This document shows, in pieces, positions 19,001 to 26,399 of a stretch of 64,000 nucleotides of DNA. The translations under genes were made by a program, and so were the position numbers. How positions within the stretch are numbered: position 1 is the first letter of the stretch; each line of letters opens with the position of its first letter. Under the pieces are notes generated by a model. The model made no database searches and had not been told where the DNA came from. It saw only the letters and a program-made list of their open reading frames with translations. Source of the DNA: Candidatus Cryptobacteroides sp. (lineage in GTDB: Bacteria > Bacteroidota > Bacteroidia > Bacteroidales > UBA932); the NCBI GenBank assembly GCA_045599665.1, contig JAZRWK010000001.1, positions 225 to 64,224 of the forward strand, in the 5' to 3' direction.

Positions 19001-19504
19001 ATGGAGATTACGCTTGACCAGCTTCTGGCAAGTCGTGAGGACAGGACATCCCACCAGAGGGAACTTCAGACGAGGTTCCCTGGAAGGACTCTTGTCTGTC
19101 TCACGGTCATCATGCCGGGCAAGATCAAGCGTAATCCTCAGTCTCTTACCGTGGCGCAGGCGGCCCTGGAGGCTCTCACTGATTCTTTCGAAGACGTGAC
19201 CGACCATCTGGAGACCCGTGACCTGCAGACCGGATATGAAGCTTATCTGCTCACTCCGCTTCCTGTAGAGGAGGCGAAGCGGGCAGTCTGCATTCTTGAG
19301 GATACCCATCCTCTCGGACGTCTCTTCGATATGGACGTGATAGGGAAGGACGGAGCTCCTGTCTCAAGGGAATCGGTGGGCAGCCCGCTGCGCAGATGCC
19401 TGATCTGCGACAACGAGGCGCGTTTCTGCATGAGGAACCGTACCCACACCCAGGAAGAACTGATGGCGAAGATTGACCAGATGATCGCAGACTATGTGCA
19501 GTAG
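19001..19504 (+). CDS. citX: Holo-citrate lyase synthase (apo-ACP 2'-(5''-phosphoribosyl)-3'-dephospho-CoA transferase)
   Basis: CitX motifs HPLGRLFDMDV and RRCLIC. Confidence 0.85.
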   Translation: MEITLDQLLASREDRTSHQRELQTRFPGRTLVCLTVIMPGKIKRNPQSLTVAQAALEALTDSFEDVTDHLETRDLQTGYEAYLLTPLPVEEAKRAVCILEDTHPLGRLFDMDVIGKDGAPVSRESVGSPLRRCLICDNEARFCMRNRTHTQEELMAKIDQMIADYVQ

Positions 19505-21233
19505 CCACTATATAAGCTCAGTGCCGCTTTCGCTTTCTTCGGTGCGCAGGAGGGTGGAATCCTTCCTTGCACAGAACGGCCTGCGCATGGCTCCTCTGGA
19601 CTACTACGCAACAGTCACGAGAAGCGAGGACAGCGACGAGATCCTTGCCGGAGGCGGACTTGAGGGCAATGTGCTCAAGTGCATAGCCGTCTGCGATTCT
19701 GCCAGATCGGAGGGCCTTGTCAACAAGCTGGTATCTCACCTGATCGGAGTTGCCATGGACAGGGGACATCAGTCCGTGAAACTCTTTACCAAGCCGGGCA
19801 ATCAGGATATCTTCTCAAGTCTGGGATTCAGTCTCCTGGCAGAGAGTCCTGAGGCTATCCTGATGGAGAACGGCTTCACCGGCCTCAAGCAATACACGAA
19901 ATATCTGTCAGGCCTTAGGAAGGACGGCCGCAACGGCGCGATAGTGATGAATGCCAACCCTTTCACCAAGGGACACAGGTATCTGGTCGAGAAGGCGGCA
20001 TCGCAGGTCGACAATCTCTATGTGATAGCCGTGAAGGAGGACCTTTCGAGGTTTCCGTACGCCGAGAGGCTTGCGATGATCAAGGCCGGGACTGCGGACC
20101 TGGAGAACGTGACAGTGTGCGAAGGCAGCGACTATGCGATCTCGGCAGCGACTTTCCCGACTTACTTCCTCAAGAAGCTGGACGACGCGTCCGATACCCA
20201 GATGACGCTCGACATAGACCTTTTCTCGAAGCATATCGCTCCTGCCCTTGGAGTCAGCGTCAGGTTCGCTGGCTCGGAACCTAAGGATCCGCTTACCGCA
20301 AGGTACAATGAACTGATGTCCGTTCTCCTCCCTCAGAAGGGAATGGATTTCGTTGAAATAGAGCGCATTGAGGACAGTGACGGGCCGGTCAGTGCATCTG
20401 TTCTGAGGAGCAGTCTTGACTCCGCCCGGATTCAAAACGCTTTAAGACTTGCGTATCAGACAAGCATTCCGTATCTTGTTGCTGATTTGGCGCAGCAGGC
20501 CCTTGAGAGGGAGCTTGACACGACTCCGAAGCCCGGCCTGGTCGATAATGCCGACCGAGGTGCGCACCAGGACATGGATCATGGTACCATGGTCCGAAGC
20601 ATCCAGGCTCTTCGTCCGTTCTTCACGTCGCTCGCCCTTTCGGCGGTGGACGGAATCGACCCGGACAAGGTCAGGGAGATCGGAATCGAGGCGGAGAAGG
20701 CTATGCTCATGGCAACCTGCGGGGTGAATACCCACAAGGGAGCGCTTTTCTGTCTCGGGCTGTCGACTGCTGTCGTTTCCCACCTTCTGGCAAGGGGCGG
20801 GAAGGTCGGCAAGGACGAGTTCAGACGCCTGCTCGCAGACACAGCCGAAGGCATTCCTTCTGCGAAGGACACGCACGGAGCTGACGCCGTCAGTACATAC
20901 AGGGTCCCGGGAGCCCTGGAAAGTGCCCGTAGGGCCTATCCCGAACTTTTCTCAGACTGGCTGCCATACTTTAACAGCCTTTCTGACGACCCGCATAGGT
21001 ACCATAAGACCTTGCTGAAGATCATGGCCGGACTGGACGACACCAACGTACTCCACCGCGGAGGACTGGAAGGGCTCAGGAAGGTGAAGGCAGACGCCGC
21101 ATCAGTCCTTGCGGACTTCAGCGTCGAACGTCTCTATGCACTGAACGAAGAATATAAGTCAAGCAATACATCGCCAGGCGGAAGCGCCGACATGTTGTCA
21201 CTTACGATATTTATAACAAACTTTATAAACTAA
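19494..21233 (+). CDS. citC/citG: Fusion protein: [citrate (pro-3S)-lyase] ligase (CitC) + triphosphoribosyl-dephospho-CoA synthase (CitG)
   Basis: The N-terminal ~330 aa carries the CitC cytidylyltransferase-like motif NANPFTKGHRYL. The C-terminal ~250 aa carries CitG motifs TPKPGLVD..GAHQDM, NTHKG and SPGGSADML. It is a single uninterrupted ORF. Confidence 0.85.
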   Translation: MCSSHYISSVPLSLSSVRRRVESFLAQNGLRMAPLDYYATVTRSEDSDEILAGGGLEGNVLKCIAVCDSARSEGLVNKLVSHLIGVAMDRGHQSVKLFTKPGNQDIFSSLGFSLLAESPEAILMENGFTGLKQYTKYLSGLRKDGRNGAIVMNANPFTKGHRYLVEKAASQVDNLYVIAVKEDLSRFPYAERLAMIKAGTADLENVTVCEGSDYAISAATFPTYFLKKLDDASDTQMTLDIDLFSKHIAPALGVSVRFAGSEPKDPLTARYNELMSVLLPQKGMDFVEIERIEDSDGPVSASVLRSSLDSARIQNALRLAYQTSIPYLVADLAQQALERELDTTPKPGLVDNADRGAHQDMDHGTMVRSIQALRPFFTSLALSAVDGIDPDKVREIGIEAEKAMLMATCGVNTHKGALFCLGLSTAVVSHLLARGGKVGKDEFRRLLADTAEGIPSAKDTHGADAVSTYRVPGALESARRAYPELFSDWLPYFNSLSDDPHRYHKTLLKIMAGLDDTNVLHRGGLEGLRKVKADAASVLADFSVERLYALNEEYKSSNTSPGGSADMLSLTIFITNFIN

Positions 21234-21246
21234 CAACACAATTATT

Positions 21247-23493
21247 ATGGTAGAATTGATTCCACACGGTGTCTATCTCCTTGATGGCAAGACGATTGTC
21301 GACGACGCCACAGGAATGCCATCTGCAGATGAGTCCCGCGAAAACACTATCACCTACGGAATCCTCCGTGCCCACGATGTCGATGGAAGCAAGGGAAAGA
21401 AGATGCGCATCAGGTTCGATGCGATGGTTTCCCATGACATCACATACGTTGGTATCATCCAGACTGCAAGAGCATCAGGTCTTGAGAAATTCCCGATTCC
21501 TTACGCAATGACCAACTGCCACAACTCTCTTTGTGCAGTAGGTGGTACTATCAACGAGGATGACCATGTGTTCGGTCTCTCAGCTGCTAAGAAGTACGGC
21601 GGTATCTATGTCCCTGCAAACCAGGCAGTCATCCATCAGTACGCACGTGAGGCTCTCACCCAGTGCGGCAACATGATCCTCGGCTCAGACAGCCATACAC
21701 GCTACGGCTCACTCGGTAGCATGGGTGTAGGCGAAGGCGGTGGCGAGCTTGTGAAGCAGCTTCTCAGCAACACCTGGGACATCAACTCTCCAGATGTTGT
21801 GCTCGTATGGCTCGAAGGCAAGCCACGCAAGGGTATCGGTCCTCATGACGTAGCCATCTCACTCGTAAAGGCAGTGTTCGAGAACGGTTTCGTAAAGAAC
21901 AAGGTCCTCGAGTTCGCAGGTCCTGGCGTAGCTGAGCTTCCAGTCGACTTCCGTAACGGTATCGATATCATGACAACTGAGACTACCTGTCTCTCTTCAA
22001 TCTGGATCACCGATGAGAAGGTGGAGGAATTCTACAAGATGCACGGCCGTGCCGAGGCATACAAGACTCTCCAGCCAGGCAAGGTTGCATACTACGACAG
22101 CATGATCAGGATCGACCTCTCAAAGCAGGAGTCTATGATCGCTCTTCCATTCCACCCATCAAACGCATTCACCATCCATGAGCTCCAGGCCAACCCTGAG
22201 GCTATACTCGCAAAGATCGAGGAGGATGCAAAGAACCGTTTCGGCGACAAGATCAGCATCGATCTTCTCAGCAAGATCAAGGACGGTAAGGTATGTGCAG
22301 ACCAGGCTCTCATCGCAGGCTGTTCAGGTGGTACCTACGACAACCTCGCAGAGGCCGCAGCCATCCTCAAGGGCAAGAGCATCGGCAACGACTACTTCAC
22401 AATGTCGGCTTATCCTCAGTCAACCCCTGTATACCTCGCAACTACCCGCAACCATGTCGCAGAGGAACTCCTCGAGGCTGGTGTAGTCATCAAGCCTGCA
22501 TTCTGCGGTCCTTGCTTCGGTGCAGGTGACGTTCCTGCCAACAACGGTTTCTCAATCCGCCATACCACACGTAACTTCCCTAACCGTGAGGGTTCTAAGC
22601 CAGGCAACGGCCAGCTTTCACTCGTATCTCTCATGGATGCACGCTCAATCGCTGCTACAGCAGCCAACGGCGGTGTGATCACAGCTGCTACCGACATCGA
22701 GTACGAAGATACACACGCACGCTACCAGTACGACGGAAAGATCTACAACAGCCGTATCTACTATGGATATGGCAAGGCAGACGACTCACAGGAGCTCCGC
22801 TACGGTCCGAACATCAAGGACTGGCCAAAGATGTATCCAATGCAGGACAACATGCTCGTAGAACTTGCTGCTGTCATCCATGACCCTGTCACCACAACAG
22901 ATGAGCTCATCCCTTCAGGTGAGACCTCAAGCTACCGTTCAAACCCTCTCAAGCTTTCTGAGTTCGCTCTCTCACGCCGTGTTCCTGAGTATGTAGGAAT
23001 CAGCAAGAGAATCCAGTCTCAGGATCTCGAGCGCCGCGCAGGCAACGTACCAGCAAACGTTGCAGAGGCTCTCGCAAAGGTCGGTGCAAGCGCTGAGAAC
23101 ACCTCGTTCGGTTCATGCGTGTTCGCGAACAAGCCAGGTGACGGTTCTGCACGTGAGCAGGCTGCTTCATGCCAGAAGGTGCTCGGTGGTGATGCCAACA
23201 TCTGCTATGAGTACGCCACAAAGCGCTATCGCAGCAACTGTATCAACTGGGGTATCGTTCCTTTCACAATCTCAAAGGAGACTCCGTTCGACTACAAGCC
23301 AGGTGACTTCGTATATGTAGAAGGCATCCGCGAGGCCATCCTCGCAGGCAAGGAGGAGATCGATGCAAAGGTCATCTGCGCAGAGGGTGTGAAGGACATC
23401 CACCTCTATTTCCAGAACCTCACTGCTGACGAGAGAGACATCCTTTCAAAGGGCTGTCTCATGAACTACTATGCAGCACAGAGAAACAAGTAA
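21247..23493 (+). CDS. acn: Aconitate hydratase (~750-aa monomeric type)
   Basis: Fe-S ligand contexts GSDSHT and CGPCFG. Four-domain aconitase length. Confidence 0.9.
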   Translation: MVELIPHGVYLLDGKTIVDDATGMPSADESRENTITYGILRAHDVDGSKGKKMRIRFDAMVSHDITYVGIIQTARASGLEKFPIPYAMTNCHNSLCAVGGTINEDDHVFGLSAAKKYGGIYVPANQAVIHQYAREALTQCGNMILGSDSHTRYGSLGSMGVGEGGGELVKQLLSNTWDINSPDVVLVWLEGKPRKGIGPHDVAISLVKAVFENGFVKNKVLEFAGPGVAELPVDFRNGIDIMTTETTCLSSIWITDEKVEEFYKMHGRAEAYKTLQPGKVAYYDSMIRIDLSKQESMIALPFHPSNAFTIHELQANPEAILAKIEEDAKNRFGDKISIDLLSKIKDGKVCADQALIAGCSGGTYDNLAEAAAILKGKSIGNDYFTMSAYPQSTPVYLATTRNHVAEELLEAGVVIKPAFCGPCFGAGDVPANNGFSIRHTTRNFPNREGSKPGNGQLSLVSLMDARSIAATAANGGVITAATDIEYEDTHARYQYDGKIYNSRIYYGYGKADDSQELRYGPNIKDWPKMYPMQDNMLVELAAVIHDPVTTTDELIPSGETSSYRSNPLKLSEFALSRRVPEYVGISKRIQSQDLERRAGNVPANVAEALAKVGASAENTSFGSCVFANKPGDGSAREQAASCQKVLGGDANICYEYATKRYRSNCINWGIVPFTISKETPFDYKPGDFVYVEGIREAILAGKEEIDAKVICAEGVKDIHLYFQNLTADERDILSKGCLMNYYAAQRNK

Positions 23494-23528
23494 TTATTTG
23501 ACAAATACTAAAAAGCTGATAAACAATC

Positions 23529-24737
23529 ATGAAGAAGATTCAGATGACCACTCCACTCGTGGAGATGGACGGCGACGAGATGACAAGGATCCTCTGGAAG
23601 ATGATCAAGGAAGAGCTCATCCTTCCATTCGTCGACCTCAAGACAGACTATTATGACCTCGGCCTCGTAAACCGTGACAACACAAACGACCAGGTTACAG
23701 TCGATTCTGCAAACGCTACAAAGAAGTATGGTGTCGCTGTAAAGTGTGCCACCATCACTCCTAACGTGCAGCGTATGAGCGAGTACAACCTCCATGAGAT
23801 GTGGAAGAGCCCTAACGGAACTATCCGTTCGATGCTCGACGGTACTGTATTCCGCACACCTATCACAATCGACTCTATCAAGCCGGCTGTGAAGTACTGG
23901 AAGAAGCCTATCACCATCGCCCGCCACGCCTACGGCGACGTCTACAAGAGCGTCGAGATCAAGGCAGACGAGCCAGGTGTAGCAAAGCTCGTGTTCGAAG
24001 GCGCGAACGGACAGCACGAGGAGCAGATCATCCAGACTTTCAAGGGTCCAGGCGTGCTCCAGGGTATGCACAATACCGACGCTTCAATCCGTTCATTCGC
24101 ACACTCTTGCTTCAAGTATGCACTTGACCTTAAGCAGACCATCTGGTTCGCAACAAAGGACACCATCTCTAAGAAGTATGACGGCCGTTTCAAGGCTATC
24201 TTCGAGGAAGTGTTCGCAGAGTACAAGGATCAGTTCGCTGCTGCCGGCATCGAGTACTTCTACACCCTTATCGACGACGCAGTAGCACGCGTAATGCGCA
24301 GCGAAGGCGGCTTCATCTGGGCATGTAAGAACTACGACGGCGACGTCATGTCTGACATGGTCTCAACCGCATTCGGTTCACTCGCCATGATGACTTCAGT
24401 CCTCGTGAGCCCTGACGGCAAGTACGAGTATGAGGCTGCTCACGGTACCGTTACCCGCCACTACTACAAGTACCTCAAGGGAGAGGAGACCTCTACCAAC
24501 CCTATGGCTACCATCTTCGCATGGAGCGGCGCATTCCGCAAGAGAGGTGAGATGGACAACCTCCCTGAGCTCATCAACTACGCTGACCAGCTCGAGGCTG
24601 CTTGCTTCGACACTCTCAACGCAGGTATCGTCACAAAGGACCTCGCCAACCTCATGGAAGGCGTCACCCCAGTGGTGAAGAACTCAGAGGGCTTCCTCAA
24701 GGCAATCCGCGAGAATCTCGAGAAGAGACTCAGCTAA
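23529..24737 (+). CDS. icd: NADP-dependent isocitrate dehydrogenase (eukaryote-like subfamily II homodimeric type)
   Basis: MDGDEMTRILW, KCATITPN and NYDGDVMSD motifs. 402 aa. Confidence 0.92.
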   Translation: MKKIQMTTPLVEMDGDEMTRILWKMIKEELILPFVDLKTDYYDLGLVNRDNTNDQVTVDSANATKKYGVAVKCATITPNVQRMSEYNLHEMWKSPNGTIRSMLDGTVFRTPITIDSIKPAVKYWKKPITIARHAYGDVYKSVEIKADEPGVAKLVFEGANGQHEEQIIQTFKGPGVLQGMHNTDASIRSFAHSCFKYALDLKQTIWFATKDTISKKYDGRFKAIFEEVFAEYKDQFAAAGIEYFYTLIDDAVARVMRSEGGFIWACKNYDGDVMSDMVSTAFGSLAMMTSVLVSPDGKYEYEAAHGTVTRHYYKYLKGEETSTNPMATIFAWSGAFRKRGEMDNLPELINYADQLEAACFDTLNAGIVTKDLANLMEGVTPVVKNSEGFLKAIRENLEKRLS

Positions 24738-24771
24738 TCTCTGCCCATCGGCGGATATCCGTCCAATAACT

Positions 24772-24803
24772 AAGAGAGGATGGCCATACGGCCATCCTCT
24801 CTT
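24772..24803 (+). terminator. Strong hairpin after icd
   Basis: 14-bp perfect stem AAGAGAGGATGGCC / GGCCATCCTCTCTT with loop ATAC, 35 nt after the stop. No long T-run. Confidence 0.6.
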
Positions 24804-24847
24804 GCATTACTCCCTCCGGGCACGTGGCTGTCCTGCCTCTTATTCCA

Positions 24848-24952
24848 TCCTTCGGCCTGGCGACTGCTCCCTCCTCCTTCGGCCTGGCAGTAGCTCTCCT
24901 CCTCCGACCTGGTGGCGGCTCTCCTTCCTCGGCCTGGCAGTAGCTCTCCTCC
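24848..24952. repeat. Tandem repeat family A (~26-28 nt x4): TCCTTCGGCCTGGCAGTAGCTCTCCTCC
   Basis: Four consecutive units at 24848, 24875, 24903 and 24929. The minus strand reads as GGAGGAG-rich. Confidence 0.85.
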
Positions 24953-25107
24953 GGAGACCTTCCGCGCTTCGCGCTCCATCCCTCCCACTGCGCTTCGCTT
25001 GCGGGCCCCTCTGACATGGCCGAGGGTGGCCATGGGTCCCCCGGAGGAGACAGCCGCCCGGCCGCTGAAGAGCGCAAAGCAGCCGGTAGTCTGCTACTTG
25101 CCAACCT

Positions 25108-25190
25108 GTAAGCCGACCTGCGTTTTGCCGATTGGTAAGGCAGCTGACTTTTTGCACAAACGGTAAGGCGACCAACTTTTTGCAAATCGG
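25108..25190. repeat. Tandem repeat family D (27-28 nt x3): GTAAGGCRRCYRACTTTTTGCAMAAWCG
   Basis: Units start at the GTAAG at 25108, 25135 and 25163. Confidence 0.8.
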
Positions 25191-25326
25191 AGTGCATGAC
25201 GACCATCATTCTAGGGTCCTAGAATAGCGTTTCGCTTGCACTCATAGGCCTGACAGGGCCAGGAGTGCATGGCAATGTGCCACCCAGTGCGCAGAACGAG
25301 GGACTGCATGCACTCCGTTTTGCAAA
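25179..25326. repeat. 20-nt inverted repeat pair (19/20 complementary) enclosing 108 nt
   Basis: TTTGCAAATCGGAGTGCATG (25179-25198) pairs with CATGCACTCCGTTTTGCAAA (25307-25326). The interior holds the palindrome ATTCTAGG-GT-CCTAGAAT (25208-25225) and a third GGAGTGCATGG copy (25262-25272). Confidence 0.8.
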
Positions 25327-25358
25327 AACGAGGGCATGGCAAAAAGAGGATGACTACC

Positions 25359-25526
25359 CGGCAGCGGAAGAACAGAACAGCGGCAGTTGAAGAGCAGAAC
25401 AGCGGCAGAGCGGAAAAGCAGAACAGCGGCAGTTGAAGAGCAGAACAGCGGCAGAGCGGAAAAGCAGAACAGCGGCAGAGCGGAAAAGCAGAACAGCGGC
25501 AGAACGGAAGAACAGAACAGCGGCAG
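25359..25526. repeat. Tandem repeat family B: 14-nt core CAGAACAGCGGCAG x7 separated by 8- or 10-nt linkers (TTGAAGAG / AGCGGAAAAG / AACGGAAGAA)
   Basis: Cores at 25373, 25395, 25419, 25441, 25465, 25489 and 25513, all identical. Confidence 0.9.
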
Positions 25527-25548
25527 AACGGCAGGGCGACTGCCAGGG

Positions 25549-25650
25549 CGCGGAGGTGCTCTGCTTGACAGGCAAATACGCCAGGCCGCGGAGATGCTCT
25601 GCTTGACAGGCAAATACGCCAGGCCGCGGAGGTACTCTGTTTGACAGACA
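25549..25650. repeat. Tandem repeat family C (38 nt x~2.7): CGCGGAGRTGCTCTGCTTGACAGGCAAATACGCCAGGC
   Basis: CGCGGAG recurs at 25549, 25587 and 25625. The third copy is degenerate. Confidence 0.85.
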
Positions 25651-25671
25651 GAAAAGGCTGGCCCAAGAGGG

Positions 25672-26280
25672 TCAGCCTTGTTCTTTTTCCGGCCTCATGC
25701 TGTACTCGCAGCCGCAGTAGAGCTGGTTGTAGAAGTTCTGCTCCTTGATGATCTCCGAACGGCGCTGCTGCAGTCCGCCCTTGCGCCAGTTCTGGGACCA
25801 CCAGCGGACGTCGTCGTAGGCGGCGCAGGCTTCGAAGCCGGCCTGGTCGATCTGCTCGAGGCTTTTCCATCGGGATGAGGCGAGAGTGGTCGTAAGTACA
25901 TGGTACCCCTGCTCATGGGCATACGCCGCTGCACGGCGGAGCCTGAAGCGGAAGCACTGAAGGCAACGCGGCCCGCGCTCGGGGCAACCCTCGAGACCGG
26001 AGGCGACTGCAGAATTCCAGTTACCATGGTCATAATCATCCTCGACGAATCTCACACCGTTGGTCTCGGCCCATCGGCGGCACTCGTCGCGGCGGATCGT
26101 GTATTCCTCGGACGGGTAGATGTTGGAGTTGCTGTAGAAGATGACAGGCTCGAGCCCTTCCTTGAGCATGCACTCGAGGATCGCGCCGGAGCAAGGGGCA
26201 CAGCAGGCATGGAGAAGGACTTTCGTCTCTCCTTCGAGGACCTCCTTATGGAGCCATTCTTCTGTTTTCTTCTTTCCCAT
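25672..26280 (-). CDS. queH: Epoxyqueuosine reductase QueH (DUF208 family)
   Basis: HACCAPC and C-terminal YCGCEYS Cys motifs. About 200 aa. Confidence 0.88.
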   Translation of the reverse strand: MGKKKTEEWLHKEVLEGETKVLLHACCAPCSGAILECMLKEGLEPVIFYSNSNIYPSEEYTIRRDECRRWAETNGVRFVEDDYDHGNWNSAVASGLEGCPERGPRCLQCFRFRLRRAAAYAHEQGYHVLTTTLASSRWKSLEQIDQAGFEACAAYDDVRWWSQNWRKGGLQQRRSEIIKEQNFYNQLYCGCEYSMRPEKEQG

Positions 26281-26340
26281 CCTTCAGTTTTCTTCTTTGA
26301 CATATCGCGGACAAATATAGGCAAATACGGGCAGATTCAG

Positions 26341-26348
26341 TACCTTTG
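26341..26348 (+). promoter_or_regulatory. Candidate -7 box (TACCTTTG) for the NhaC-family gene
   Basis: Exact TAnnTTTG. It overlaps the first copy of the 26-nt duplication. Confidence 0.4.
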
Positions 26349-26399
26349 CACCATGGAAAAGAACGCTTCGGATGCACTATGGAAAAGAACGCTTCGGAT
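26348..26399 (+). repeat. 26-nt tandem duplication spanning the start-codon region (GCACYATGGAAAAGAACGCTTCGGAT x2)
   Basis: Copies at 26348-26373 and 26374-26399 differ at one position. Confidence 0.9.

Noticed and set aside
25179-25326. Possible invertible promoter (phase-variation shufflon), as known in Bacteroides.
   Set aside because: There is no site-specific recombinase nearby and no TAnnTTTG promoter box inside the 108-nt segment. The flanking genes converge on the region, so an invertible promoter would have nothing to drive. It is kept only as a MITE/ncRNA candidate.
25359-25526. Possible CRISPR array (regularly spaced identical repeats).
   Set aside because: The repeats are only 14 nt and the spacers only 8-10 nt, drawn from three recurring sequences. 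There are no cas genes in the window. This is a minisatellite, not a CRISPR.
24730-25870. ORFs of 70-219 aa on both strands across the repeat island (for example 25211-25870 minus, 24730-25209 minus, 25387-25644 plus).
   Set aside because: The translations are repetitive Ala/Arg/Ser/Pro/Cys strings dictated by the DNA repeats. One overlaps queH out of frame. None has a sensible start context or any domain-like segment. I treat the region as non-coding.
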